Under the pieces are notes generated by a model, which saw nothing but the letters and a program-made list of their open reading frames with translations, made no database searches and was not told the origin of the DNA. Shown piece after piece: positions 1-9,751 of a stretch of 64,000 nt of DNA. The stretch is taken from IMG/VR virus record IMGVR_UViG_3300022929_002303. One strand, written 5' to 3'. Made by a program: the position numbers and the translations under genes. Source of the DNA: an uncultured virus (IMG/VR IMGVR_UViG_3300022929_002303) (Duplodnaviria > Heunggongvirae > Uroviricota > Caudoviricetes). The stretch's first letter is position 1. Each line of letters starts with the position of its first letter.

Positions 1-997
1 CGATATTTTTTTACTAAGGTCCGAAGGAACAGAAGAAAGAAGTTATGGATTAGATAATAACAATAGTTGGTTAGATACTTTTCAGAATAAAGATCGTAAA
101 GCACTTTGGTTAATTGGAGACATTTCAGGTAGACCCCACAAACTACCTTTGTTGTATAAATTTTTAAAAGAAAATACACTTGAACATTTAGATTATTCTT
201 TAACAAATACACTAAACAATTATGAAAACCCTTTTAAAGATTTCGATACACAAGATTATCAACCAATATTAGATGCTATCGATGAAAATTTAACATTAGA
301 CGACTTAGTAAAAATTTATAATCAACTTAAAAAAACATTGCCCGGAGATAGATTCACTGAAGTGACAGAAAAAGGTTTAGTAAATAGTTTTGACCTTGCT
401 AACTATCTTTTTCCCGATGAATGGAATGATGCATCATTAATTGTTATGCCTGAGACATGGTTTGATAATCCTAATCCTCCTCACTGGCAATATTATACTG
501 AAGAAGTAAATGAAGAAATGGAAGTTCGTCCTTTTTGGGAACATAACATTTATGCTACTACAGAAAAAACTTGGAAACCTATTGTAACTAAGAAACCTTT
601 TATAGGAATTAGTAAAAATGATTTACAAGAAAAAACATTAGAAGGGTTAGGGTTTAAAACATTTAGAAAATATACATCTGAACCTGATCTAATAGTAGAC
701 CGTGGTTATGGAGAGCCTTCATTAGAAACAAAAACATATATTGACATTGCACATAAAAGAATAATTTCTTTTTTAGAATATATGGAAGGCTATAAGTACG
801 GTATAATGGAAGATATCGAATATAATTACAAACATTGGAAATATGTGTTAGACCAAGAATGGCAATTATTATACCGATTTTGTCCTCCATTAAAACATGT
901 CCCCAAACAGAAAATCTTACGAATGTTTATAACACCCTATGACCACAACATATACACAAACACGATTGACAAATATTCTGGGAAAATTGTTCAATAA
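1..997 (+). CDS. Hypothetical phage protein, 5'-truncated by the window edge (possibly glycosyltransferase-like)
   Basis: The frame is open from position 2 (DIFLLRSEG...), so the TTG at 149 is probably not the real start. Contains a 'PETWF...TEKTWKPI..KPFI...LGFKTF' block of a type common in large aquatic phages. Confidence 0.6.
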   Translation, partial: DIFLLRSEGTEERSYGLDNNNSWLDTFQNKDRKALWLIGDISGRPHKLPLLYKFLKENTLEHLDYSLTNTLNNYENPFKDFDTQDYQPILDAIDENLTLDDLVKIYNQLKKTLPGDRFTEVTEKGLVNSFDLANYLFPDEWNDASLIVMPETWFDNPNPPHWQYYTEEVNEEMEVRPFWEHNIYATTEKTWKPIVTKKPFIGISKNDLQEKTLEGLGFKTFRKYTSEPDLIVDRGYGEPSLETKTYIDIAHKRIISFLEYMEGYKYGIMEDIEYNYKHWKYVLDQEWQLLYRFCPPLKHVPKQKILRMFITPYDHNIYTNTIDKYSGKIVQ

Positions 998-1002
998 AAT
1001 AC

Positions 1003-1031
1003 TTGACACTCTTTTATAAATCCTGTATAAT
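1003..1031 (+). promoter_or_regulatory. Sigma70-type early promoter
   Basis: TTGACA (1003-1008), 17-nt spacer, TATAAT (1026-1031): perfect consensus upstream of the dNMP kinase. Confidence 0.85.
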
Positions 1032-1060
1032 ATTATTACTTTACTACAGGACTATCCAAT

Positions 1061-1681
1061 ATGATTATAGGTATTACAGGACTTATCGGCAGTGGCAAAG
1101 ACACTGCGGCTGACTATCTTATCAGATTTCATGGTTTTAGAAAACTCAGTTATGCAGGTCCTCTAAAAGATTGCGTATCTGCTATCTTTGGCTGGGACAG
1201 AGAAATGCTAGAAGGTACAACTCAATCTAGTAGAGAGTGGCGAGAAGAAGTTGACGAGTGGTGGGCAAACCGATTAGACATGCCTCATTTAACTCCTCGT
1301 TGGGTATTACAGTATTGGGGAACTGAAGTAGGTAGACGATCATTTCATAATGATATTTGGGTATCGTCTATCGAAAATCAATTACGTAAAATAGAAGATA
1401 ACGTAGTTATTACTGATTGTAGATTTAAAAATGAGGTACAAGCAATTAAAAATGCAGGTGGAACTACAGTCAGAGTCAATCGAGGCGAACAACCTACATG
1501 GTTAAATGATGCAGTCGATTATAATTATTACGAAAACCCTCAAGCACTAGCAAGGTTAGTTGATTTAGGAGTTCATGCTAGTGAGTATAGTAGTGTCGGA
1601 TTAGATTATGATTATCAAGTTGACAATAATGGTACAATCGATGAATTGCACAAACATATGGAGTTAATAGTCAACAGTTAA
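1061..1681 (+). CDS. Deoxynucleoside monophosphate kinase (T4 gp1-like)
   Basis: N-terminal P-loop GLIGSGKDT, 'TPRWVLQYWGTEVGR', 'ITDCRFKNE', 'HASE'. Confidence 0.9.
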   Translation: MIIGITGLIGSGKDTAADYLIRFHGFRKLSYAGPLKDCVSAIFGWDREMLEGTTQSSREWREEVDEWWANRLDMPHLTPRWVLQYWGTEVGRRSFHNDIWVSSIENQLRKIEDNVVITDCRFKNEVQAIKNAGGTTVRVNRGEQPTWLNDAVDYNYYENPQALARLVDLGVHASEYSSVGLDYDYQVDNNGTIDELHKHMELIVNS

Positions 1682-2014
1682 ATCTCCCCTGTGCCACATT
1701 ACATGTTTTCTTTTTACAACTTCAATACAATTTAAACATATCGTTCTTAAATTTGTAAAATCTGTATTTTGAGGTCTTCCGTCTATATGATACACTACCA
1801 TTTGTGTAGAATATAAACTTTTAAATCCACATAAAAAACAATTATCTTGTTTTTCATATCCTGCTCTTTGCCAAAGATATATGGGCTTTCTTGTTTTGTT
1901 TACTTTACCGCATTGATTGCACATACTTCTATAATGTCGTTTGCCGTTCTTAATATAGTTTACGGCACAAACTTTTCTGTTGCAAATCTTACATATTGGT
2001 CTAGGTAAACTCAT
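1664..2014 (-). CDS. Zn-finger/HNH endonuclease-like protein
   Basis: Several CxxC pairs, then CxxC...HIDG..N....N...CxNC (HNH pattern); has its own late-type promoter on the minus strand. Confidence 0.7.
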   Translation of the reverse strand: MSLPRPICKICNRKVCAVNYIKNGKRHYRSMCNQCGKVNKTRKPIYLWQRAGYEKQDNCFLCGFKSLYSTQMVVYHIDGRPQNTDFTNLRTICLNCIEVVKRKHVMWHRGDLTVDY

Positions 2015-2019
2015 AACTG

Positions 2020-2027
2020 TATTTATA
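2020..2027 (-). promoter_or_regulatory. T4-late-like promoter TATAAATA for the HNH gene
   Basis: Plus-strand TATTTATA at 2020-2027; a 5-nt spacer separates it from the ATG at 2014. Confidence 0.7.
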
Positions 2028-2073
2028 AAAATGCCTTCGAAGGTATGTTAAACCATAAATTTTTGTGCAACAA

Positions 2074-2081
2074 GATAAATA
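2074..2081 (+). promoter_or_regulatory. Late promoter GATAAATA upstream of the tail sheath
   Basis: Matches the octamer found before most structural genes in the window. Confidence 0.75.
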
Positions 2082-2139
2082 ATAGTATGAAAAAACAATC
2101 AGGGTGTAACCCTCAAAATCATACAAAAGGAATATTATT

Positions 2140-5100
2140 ATGGCACTAACATCACCAGGCGTAGAAGTAAGCATCATTGATGAAAGTCAATACTTGCCAG
2201 GCGCAACAGCATCGATTCCCTTCTTCTTGTTAGCAACAGCACAAGATAAAGCGGATCCAACATCAACAGCAACTGCGGCAGCCACAACAGCCGCAAACGC
2301 AGGTAAATTATACAGAGTAACTTCTCAACGTGATCTAGTTACTTTATATGGTAACCCATTCTTTTACACAGCATCAAACGGTACTCCGTTGCAAGGCTAT
2401 GAGTTAAATGAATATGGACTATTAGCGGCTTACTCAGCACTTGGTATTTCAAATCAAGTATTTGTATTAAGAGCAGACGTTGATCTAGCAAGTTTAGTAG
2501 GATCAACAGGTCGTCCAACAGGGGCACCACAAAACGGTTCGTTTTGGTTAAACACAACTTCTTCTACATGGGGAATCAATGAGTTTAATTCAACAACAGG
2601 AGCATTTACAGCAAAAGCACCAATCGTTATCTCTGACTCTACTTTAGTGTCAATAGGTACACCTCTACAATCAGTAGGAAATATCGGTGACTATGCAGTA
2701 GTTGCTATACCTAATTATAGAAACCCTAACAATGACAATGCACCTACATATTGGTACAAGAATCGTCAGAATACATGGGTTGGTTTAGATTCAGTAGACT
2801 GGTTCAAGGCATGGCCTTCAATCACTTGTCCTACTTCTAATCCTACATTAACACAAGGCGATACAATCGACTTGATCGTTAACGGTACAAACTTAGCACA
2901 ACTTACTGTATCAGCGGCTCCTAACAACACTATTTCTCAGTTAGCGGCAGACATTAACTCATTAGGTTGGGAATATGTTTCAGCGGCAGTAGTTGATAAC
3001 AAACTTGAAGTTTATTCTTCACAGACAGGTGGAGATCAAGGTAGTTCAAACGTACCATTCTACATTAGATTTGCTAACGCAACAGGTACTATCTTTACAG
3101 ACTTAGGATTTACAGGTACTAACGTAACTGGCTTCCAACCAAGAGCATTATATGGTACATCTGCTCAACAGCCATTATGGCAATCAGGACAGGCTCAGCC
3201 TGCTCCGACTGGCTCTGTATGGATTAAGGTTGACGGAACAGGATTACAACCAGTAATTTCTGAATATGATTCTACATCATCTTCATATACTGCTAAAACA
3301 CCTACTTTTGCAGACTCTGATTGGGCACAAATCTATTCAGCAGACTCAACAGGTGGACAAGCAATTCCAGCAGGAAGTGTTTATGCACAATATGGATTTA
3401 ACGGTGAGTACACAGCGGCTCCAGTATACTACTTCTATAGAGTAGCAACAGGTGCAACAGTAATTAATGGTACAAACACTGCACCAGACTTTACTTCAGG
3501 ACCATATGTAGCAAGAGTTCAGATTTCAACTCCAGGTTCACAAACATTAAGTACCCCTTATACATTTAACTTGGGTGATGCAACTGATGCATCTGACTTT
3601 GTAACTGCATGGTCAGCGGCGAACATTCCTTACACTTCAGCAAGTGTAAACGATGATGGTTCAATTCAAATTCAACACACTTCAGGTGGTGTTATTATCT
3701 TAGATGATTATGACAACGTAACAGGTGTATCTTCTGGTTTATTCTCAGAAGCCGGCTTTACAACTGCAACAGCAGGTTGTAAGACAGGACCATTCAGAGA
3801 TGATATCTCATTTACTCCTACTCAGAGTTCTACATCAGGGTCAGGTACTGCATTATCAATCGCAGTAACTAATGACTATGGTTATTATGACTTTGATCCG
3901 GATGCAGTAGTAAACGGCGGTACAGGTCATGCTGTAGGTGACGTAGTTACTTTCTCAGGTGCAGACTTGGGCGGTGCTTCACCAGCAAATGACTTACAAG
4001 TAAAAGTTACAAGTGTTACAGCAGGCGTTGTTACATCTTATACTTTAAGTACAGGTACAGGCGCAGATGCGTTCACAACTCAGTTGTCTAACTGGAGAGA
4101 GTTCTCATTAACAACTTCAGGTGCTGATTCATTAACAGCAAACGAAGGTGCTCCGACTGCAATACCTAGCAACTTTACTAACTGGTACTATTCAACAACT
4201 GATCAAGTAGATATTATGATCAACTATGACGGTAATTGGAAGGGTTATAGCCAACAAGGTTATGATGGTAATGGTTTACCTAGCCCATCAGTCGTAAATG
4301 CAACTGATCCTAATGGACCTATCGTAACTGCTAGTGAGCCTACTACTCAAAGTGACGGCACACCATTAGTATACGGTGATCTTTGGTTAGATACTTCTGA
4401 CTTAGAAAACTATCCGTTACTTTACAGATGGCAGTCAGTACAAGCAACAGGTGGCGGTAGTGCTACTGATAAGTGGGTCTTAATTGACAACTCAGATCAA
4501 ACTACACCACAAGGTATCTTGTTTAAAGATGCACGTTGGGCAACTAACGGAACAACTAACCCAGCAAATGATCCGATGCCGACCATCAAATCATTGCTAG
4601 GAAGTGATTACTTAGATGTTGATGCTCCGTTATCATCAAATTACCCACAAGGTATGTTGCTTTGGAACACAAGACGTTCTTCATACAACGTGAAGCAATA
4701 TCGTGTAAACTACTTTAACAACGACAGATTCCCGAATGACACTTTACCAACACAGAAAGATGCATGGGTATCTGCTTCAGGTGATGCATCTAACGGTGCA
4801 ATGAATGCAGGTCGTAAGGCACAAAGAGCAATGGTAACACAAGCATTACGTTCAGCAATTGACTCTAACGTTGCAATTAGAGACGAAGATAACTACTTCA
4901 ACTTACAAGCAACACCGGGTTATCCTGAACTACAACCTAACATGATCGCATTGAACTCTGATAGAGGTGAGACTTCTTACATTGTTGGTGATACACCAAT
5001 GAGACTGAAAGATGATGCAACTGAAATTCAGGCTTGGGCAACTAACGCCGCAGGTGCAACAACTACAGGTGAAGATGGACTTGTAAGTAGAAATACTTAT

Positions 5101-5748
5101 ATGGGTCTATTCTACCCATCAGGTATCACTAGTGATCTATCAGGTAACTTAGTTGCTGTTCCTTCATCACACATGATGGTCAGAACTATGTTGCGTAATG
5201 ACAATATTGCTTATCCTTGGTTAGCACCAGCAGGTACTAGACGTGGTATAATCGATAATGCTACAAGCATCGGATACATCGATGACGAAGGCGAGTTTAA
5301 CTCAATCAGAACACGTATTGGAATTAGAGATGTGTTATACACTAACTTTATTAACCCAATGGTATTCTTTACAGGTAATGGATTATTGAACTATGGTAAC
5401 AAAACTTCATTTGATTCATCATCTGCATTAGACAGAGTAAACGTAGCAAGATTAGTTGCTTACATACGTAGACAATTAATATTAGCCGCGAGACCATTTG
5501 TCTTTGAACCTAATGACCCTCAAACAAGAAAATCTATTAAAGCAGTAGTAGAATCATTGTTCCAGGATCTAGTTTCAAAACGAGGATTATATGACTACTC
5601 AGTAGTTTGTGATGATTCTAACAACACTCCAGCAAGAATTGATCGAAATGAACTTTGGATTGACATAGCAGTAGAGCCCGTGAAAGCCGCTGAGTTTATC
5701 TACGTTCCGGTCAGAATATTCAACACTGGTGAGTTATCAGGATCTTAA
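2140..5748 (+). CDS. Contractile tail sheath protein (gp18-like) with a large internal insertion
   Basis: N-terminus 'MALTSPGVEVSIIDES'; C-terminus 'PWLAPAGTRRG...INP...GNKT...SALDRVNVARL...FVFEPND...NNTPARIDRNEL...AAEFIY'. Confidence 0.95.
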   Translation: MALTSPGVEVSIIDESQYLPGATASIPFFLLATAQDKADPTSTATAAATTAANAGKLYRVTSQRDLVTLYGNPFFYTASNGTPLQGYELNEYGLLAAYSALGISNQVFVLRADVDLASLVGSTGRPTGAPQNGSFWLNTTSSTWGINEFNSTTGAFTAKAPIVISDSTLVSIGTPLQSVGNIGDYAVVAIPNYRNPNNDNAPTYWYKNRQNTWVGLDSVDWFKAWPSITCPTSNPTLTQGDTIDLIVNGTNLAQLTVSAAPNNTISQLAADINSLGWEYVSAAVVDNKLEVYSSQTGGDQGSSNVPFYIRFANATGTIFTDLGFTGTNVTGFQPRALYGTSAQQPLWQSGQAQPAPTGSVWIKVDGTGLQPVISEYDSTSSSYTAKTPTFADSDWAQIYSADSTGGQAIPAGSVYAQYGFNGEYTAAPVYYFYRVATGATVINGTNTAPDFTSGPYVARVQISTPGSQTLSTPYTFNLGDATDASDFVTAWSAANIPYTSASVNDDGSIQIQHTSGGVIILDDYDNVTGVSSGLFSEAGFTTATAGCKTGPFRDDISFTPTQSSTSGSGTALSIAVTNDYGYYDFDPDAVVNGGTGHAVGDVVTFSGADLGGASPANDLQVKVTSVTAGVVTSYTLSTGTGADAFTTQLSNWREFSLTTSGADSLTANEGAPTAIPSNFTNWYYSTTDQVDIMINYDGNWKGYSQQGYDGNGLPSPSVVNATDPNGPIVTASEPTTQSDGTPLVYGDLWLDTSDLENYPLLYRWQSVQATGGGSATDKWVLIDNSDQTTPQGILFKDARWATNGTTNPANDPMPTIKSLLGSDYLDVDAPLSSNYPQGMLLWNTRRSSYNVKQYRVNYFNNDRFPNDTLPTQKDAWVSASGDASNGAMNAGRKAQRAMVTQALRSAIDSNVAIRDEDNYFNLQATPGYPELQPNMIALNSDRGETSYIVGDTPMRLKDDATEIQAWATNAAGATTTGEDGLVSRNTYMGLFYPSGITSDLSGNLVAVPSSHMMVRTMLRNDNIAYPWLAPAGTRRGIIDNATSIGYIDDEGEFNSIRTRIGIRDVLYTNFINPMVFFTGNGLLNYGNKTSFDSSSALDRVNVARLVAYIRRQLILAARPFVFEPNDPQTRKSIKAVVESLFQDLVSKRGLYDYSVVCDDSNNTPARIDRNELWIDIAVEPVKAAEFIYVPVRIFNTGELSGS

Positions 5749-5761
5749 TAAAAAAGATATA

Positions 5762-5783
5762 CAGAGAGGCTTCGGCCTCTCTG
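5762..5783 (+). terminator. Stem-loop after the sheath gene (terminator or RNA-stability hairpin)
   Basis: CAGAGAGGC-TTCG-GCCTCTCTG with a cUUCGg tetraloop; weak U-tract. Confidence 0.65.
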
Positions 5784-5792
5784 AATTAAAAA

Positions 5793-5800
5793 GATAAATA
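5793..5800 (+). promoter_or_regulatory. Late promoter GATAAATA
   Basis: Upstream of the tail tube gene; SD AGGAG follows. Confidence 0.75.
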
Positions 5801-5833
5801 TATATTAAGATATATTAAAACAGGAGATTAACA

Positions 5834-6481
5834 ATGGCAACAGCCTCAGATACATTAGCAAAACTTTCGGTACAACCTGAGGGAGGCGCTAACCAAAACT
5901 TGTTGATGCCAAAACTTCAATATAGATTCCGTGTGAACTTTATTAATTTTGGTTTTGACGATGATTCTTCACTTATTCTTACTAGACAAGTAGTAGACTG
6001 TGCGAGACCACAAGTTCAGTTTGACGAAATCACTATGAACGTGTATAACTCACGTGTCTATCTTGCTGGTAAACACACATGGCAAACACTTGCTATCAAC
6101 GTCAGAGACGATGCTTCTGGTAATGTATCAAAAGCAGTTGGTGCTCAGTTACAACGTCAATTAGATTTCTATGAGCAGTCTTCAGCGGCAGCAGGTGGAG
6201 ATTATAAATTTGAAACTGAAATTCAAATCTTAGACGGTGGTAACGGTATCAATACACCAACAGTATTAGAAAACTGGTCATTAGCAGGTTGTTTCTTACA
6301 ACAAGCAAACTATCAGACTCTAAACTATGGTACATCTGATGCAGTGACTATTGCTATGACTCTACGTTACGATAACGCAGTCCAGACAAATGCTGGCGGC
6401 GATCTAAACGGCGTACCGGGTGCTGGTGTTGGACAGTCTGGTCTACAGACATTCCCAAGTCAGATTGGTACTGCTACGTAA
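5834..6481 (+). CDS. Tail tube protein (gp19-like)
   Basis: Directly follows the sheath; 'LLMPKLQYRFRV...RPQVQFDEI...YLAGKHTWQ...GCF...L.Y...I..TLRYDNA'. Confidence 0.9.
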   Translation: MATASDTLAKLSVQPEGGANQNLLMPKLQYRFRVNFINFGFDDDSSLILTRQVVDCARPQVQFDEITMNVYNSRVYLAGKHTWQTLAINVRDDASGNVSKAVGAQLQRQLDFYEQSSAAAGGDYKFETEIQILDGGNGINTPTVLENWSLAGCFLQQANYQTLNYGTSDAVTIAMTLRYDNAVQTNAGGDLNGVPGAGVGQSGLQTFPSQIGTAT

Positions 6482-6503
6482 GTATTAGAATTATTTTAAA
6501 TAG

Positions 6504-6529
6504 AAAAACCGGTTTCGACCGGTTTTTTT
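6504..6529 (+). terminator. Rho-independent terminator
   Basis: AAAAACCGGT-TTCG-ACCGGTTTTTTT. Confidence 0.85.
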
Positions 6530-6545
6530 ATGGGTTTATTGTTTA

Positions 6546-6553
6546 GATAAATA
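6546..6553 (+). promoter_or_regulatory. Late promoter GATAAATA
   Basis: Between the terminator and SD AGGAG of the next gene. Confidence 0.75.
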
Positions 6554-6573
6554 CTCTTATAGGAGAATAATAT

Positions 6574-7755
6574 ATGTCGCAATGGCCTTTTACAACGTTA
6601 CCGGACGATATACTTAACGCATTTGCAGGTAGAGTATATGTACGTGACTGGACACATGCCGCTAAAAACTTTTTGCCCGGAGGCATGGCCAATGCAGGTA
6701 AGGTTAAATTTACTTTCCATACTTGGTTTGAAATTAATCCTACAGCATATCAACCCCCAACAGGACAAAACTACGGATTACTTGTTAAATCAATTAAACT
6801 CCCCACATTTAATATGGATGTAACAGAAATGAATCAATACAATAGAAAACGTTTGATTCAATCAAAAATTAAATATCAACCGATAGAAGTAACATTCCAT
6901 GATGATAATGCATCGCAAGTTACTGCAATGTGGGACGCATATTATAGATATAACTATGCAGATGCATGGAATCCTATTGTTACACCTTTCAGTACAGCGC
7001 CTGCTATAAAAGATTATAATAGACGTAACATATATGATCCATCAATATCAGGTGATACTGAATATGGTTATAGAGGAGATGCCCGAGGCGAAGGTGGAAA
7101 TAGAGCAGACGGCGGAGAAAAAGTTCCTTTCTTTAATAACATTACTGTATATGGTATGTGGGCAGGAAACTTTATAGCCTATACTTTAATTAATCCTATA
7201 ATTACACAATTTGACCACGACACTTATGATTATTCAGACGGTGGCGGAACAATGCAAAATAGAATGACTATCGACTATGAAACAGTAATATATAATTCAG
7301 GTAAGATAGGAGAAGATATAGAAGACGGTACAGGACTACCCCGACGTGAACTTAATGGAGATTTAGTAGCAGGATTCGGTGGACCGGATAGTTATGATTC
7401 AACTGAAAGTCCACTGGAACAGGGCGGTAATAATTTAATAGGTGATTTTCCACCTGCATTCTTAGGAGACGATGCTTCAGCAGAAGATTATATACGATTC
7501 TTAAAAGAAACATATATAACTCAAGGATCAGGTTTAATTGAAACTGCAAAAGATCAAATACAAAACGGAATTAGAGATGCAGTTTTTAATGCTTTAGGTA
7601 TAGGTGGAGATACCGATACTCCAACAAACGGAGCAACACCGAGTATTGTAAACATTGCTAACCAAGGCACAGTTACAGGTGCTAATAATAATAATACACA
7701 AGAAAGTCCACCGGCGGCAGGCTCACAAAATAGCGGCGGCACGGGAGGGGCATAA
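6574..7755 (+). CDS. Tail tube-like protein / baseplate tube initiator (gp54/gp48-like)
   Basis: Tube-family pattern 'LVKSIKLP.F...NQYNRKR..Q.KI.Y.P..VTFHDDN...L.NP.IT.F.HD..DY...M.I.YE'; adjacent to the tube gene. Confidence 0.7.
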   Translation: MSQWPFTTLPDDILNAFAGRVYVRDWTHAAKNFLPGGMANAGKVKFTFHTWFEINPTAYQPPTGQNYGLLVKSIKLPTFNMDVTEMNQYNRKRLIQSKIKYQPIEVTFHDDNASQVTAMWDAYYRYNYADAWNPIVTPFSTAPAIKDYNRRNIYDPSISGDTEYGYRGDARGEGGNRADGGEKVPFFNNITVYGMWAGNFIAYTLINPIITQFDHDTYDYSDGGGTMQNRMTIDYETVIYNSGKIGEDIEDGTGLPRRELNGDLVAGFGGPDSYDSTESPLEQGGNNLIGDFPPAFLGDDASAEDYIRFLKETYITQGSGLIETAKDQIQNGIRDAVFNALGIGGDTDTPTNGATPSIVNIANQGTVTGANNNNTQESPPAAGSQNSGGTGGA

Positions 7756-8132
7756 TGCCAATAGAAATAACATATAGAGAAAACACATTAGAAATTTTTG
7801 ACACATATTACAGTGTGCCATTAAAAGTTAATGCCGCTGATTGGGATTCAGTATATTCATATTTCTTAGGTGTTTTAAAAGGTAATCCCGAATCTGAAAG
7901 AACTAAACAAACAGCATCACAATTTGCAACTACATTATTTAGAATAGCACAAGAAACAGGCACAAACATTCAAATCTTTATGGATTACTTTAAGGCTAAT
8001 GTACAAACAAAAGTTCAAGTAAACACAGAAATGGCTTTTTATCTCAATTTATTAAAGTCAAAAACAGCATTGTATGGAGTATCAAAAGTGCCTACTCCTA
8101 ATCAAGCAGTACAACGCAACGTATTGCCGTAG
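7755..8132 (+). CDS. Hypothetical protein (tail module)
   Basis: Translationally coupled (TAATG) to the upstream gene; 125 aa. Confidence 0.7.
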   Translation: MPIEITYRENTLEIFDTYYSVPLKVNAADWDSVYSYFLGVLKGNPESERTKQTASQFATTLFRIAQETGTNIQIFMDYFKANVQTKVQVNTEMAFYLNLLKSKTALYGVSKVPTPNQAVQRNVLP

Positions 8133-8141
8133 GGGTAACAA

Positions 8142-8588
8142 GTGCCTCGCAGAAAAAAATACGCACAAGGTATCTATACTGTAAAAAATCCACACAAATA
8201 TGTAGGGAAAGGTAAACCTAAATACAGATCAGGTTGGGAACTTACATTTATGATTTTTTGTGATACTAATGACAAAGTAATCAAGTGGGCGAGTGAGTCA
8301 ATTGTTATTCCTTATTTACATCCTTTTAAAGGTAGAAGAACTAATTATGTTCCAGACTTTTTTATTGTTTACCAAGACAAATATGGAAGAACAAACGCAG
8401 AGTTAATAGAAATAAAACCCAAAGCAGAAAGTATTATAACAGAAAAAGTTAAAAATGCAAAGCAACGAGCAACAATTGCTATCAATCATGCCAAATGGAA
8501 ATCAGCACAAGCATTCTGCAAAGCACAGGGTATTAAATTTAGAGTAGTTACAGAAGATGACCTTTTCTACAATGGGCGTGGAAAGTAA
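8142..8588 (+). CDS. Head completion nuclease (T4 gp4-like, TnsA-N PD-(D/E)xK fold)
   Basis: 'NP.KY.G...YRS.WE..FM..CD.N..V..WASE..IPY...Y.PDF...E.KP...N.AKW..A...F...TE'. Confidence 0.85.
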   Translation: MPRRKKYAQGIYTVKNPHKYVGKGKPKYRSGWELTFMIFCDTNDKVIKWASESIVIPYLHPFKGRRTNYVPDFFIVYQDKYGRTNAELIEIKPKAESIITEKVKNAKQRATIAINHAKWKSAQAFCKAQGIKFRVVTEDDLFYNGRGK

Positions 8589-8595
8589 CTAAATA
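8588..8595 (+). promoter_or_regulatory. Late promoter ACTAAATA
   Basis: 5-nt spacer to the ATG at 8601; no SD present. Confidence 0.6.
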
Positions 8596-8600
8596 GATAT

Positions 8601-9086
8601 ATGACAAAGAAACTTGAAGAATTATTTGATATTGCATCCAGTGAAGAAAATGAACTGAATGAACCTATTCCAGGGGTAGCAGAAGAAGTTACTAAAGAAG
8701 CATTGACTAATTTAGAAAAGATTGAAACTGCTTTACCTACAGTAAGAGGACTAGAAGCATCAGACAGAGAAATGGATGAACTGAGTAAGAAAGCAGAAAC
8801 TAGTTTCCAAGACTTAATGGACTTAGGAATGCAAGTTGATTCACGTTTTAGCGGAGACATTTTTAGTGTTGCTAGTAATATGTTAAATCATGCTATAACC
8901 GCTAAAACTGCTAAGTTAAACAAGAAGTTAAAGATGATTGATCTACAATTAAAGAAAGCAACATTAGATCAACGTCAAGCAAAAATGGAAGAAAAAATAG
9001 ATAATATACCTTTAGGGGACGGTGCTCAAAATTTAGACCGCAATGAATTACTACGAGTATTAACGTCAAAAAACACAGAGGAATGA
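8601..9086 (+). CDS. Helical protein, possibly small terminase subunit-like
   Basis: 161 aa with a coiled-coil middle and C-terminal 'DRNELL'; position in the head module. The function call is tentative. Confidence 0.4.
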   Translation: MTKKLEELFDIASSEENELNEPIPGVAEEVTKEALTNLEKIETALPTVRGLEASDREMDELSKKAETSFQDLMDLGMQVDSRFSGDIFSVASNMLNHAITAKTAKLNKKLKMIDLQLKKATLDQRQAKMEEKIDNIPLGDGAQNLDRNELLRVLTSKNTEE

Positions 9087-9092
9087 TAAATA
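9085..9092 (+). promoter_or_regulatory. Late promoter GATAAATA
   Basis: Overlaps the stop codon of the previous gene. Confidence 0.7.
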
Positions 9093-9114
9093 TATTATAC
9101 GGGAACTATACAAT

Positions 9115-9741
9115 ATGAAAAGTTTAAAACATTACATTGCAGAGTCAGTCCACACTTATGATTGCACAATCAAACTTGCTGGTGACTGTAGTAAAAATTT
9201 CTTAGAGTTATTTAAACATAACTTAAATAAGTTTGAGCCTAAATCAATTAAAGGGCCAACTTCAACTCCTATTATGAAATCACCATATGGTTTTCCTAAT
9301 TTATCAAACGAACCAGTACACATCTTTAAGTGTGAGTTTGCATATCCCGTAACAGAACCAATGGTACAACAATTAGCACAATTGTTAGGTCACAATATTA
9401 ATTACGTAAGAATGGTCAATACAGCATTTGATGATAGCATCGATAAAGAACTTGTCGGCTACGAAAATGAAATGAAAGACACACCTCTCTTACAAAATGA
9501 AGAAATGAATGACAATGGAAAAGAAGCCAGTGAAGAATATGGTGATAAGTACTTAGACAGCATTCATAAACATGCAGAACATAAAAACGTAGGTAAAGTA
9601 GGTTTGCCTGCTGATCAAAAGAACACTAAAGATGCTTTTGATCCTTGGAAGCCATGGTCAGATGATTCAATTAAAGGTCAAAAGAGTCCGATGACTGACG
9701 TTAAAAGAGGACCCAAGCCTGAAACATCAGCAGGGTACTAA
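9115..9741 (+). CDS. Putative head/internal protein with a capsid-targeting-like leader
   Basis: Starts MKSLKHYIAE|S, resembling T4 internal-protein leaders. Confidence 0.6.
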   Translation: MKSLKHYIAESVHTYDCTIKLAGDCSKNFLELFKHNLNKFEPKSIKGPTSTPIMKSPYGFPNLSNEPVHIFKCEFAYPVTEPMVQQLAQLLGHNINYVRMVNTAFDDSIDKELVGYENEMKDTPLLQNEEMNDNGKEASEEYGDKYLDSIHKHAEHKNVGKVGLPADQKNTKDAFDPWKPWSDDSIKGQKSPMTDVKRGPKPETSAGY

Positions 9742-9751
9742 GGAAGACATT

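Noticed and set aside
1664..2014. HNH gene as an intron-encoded homing endonuclease
   Set aside because: It is free-standing with its own late promoter, the flanking genes are intact, and no intron structure is seen.
8142..8588. TnsA-like nuclease as a sign of a Tn7-like transposon
   Set aside because: It matches the T4 gp4 head-completion pattern in a structural operon; no tnsB/tnsC or terminal repeats.
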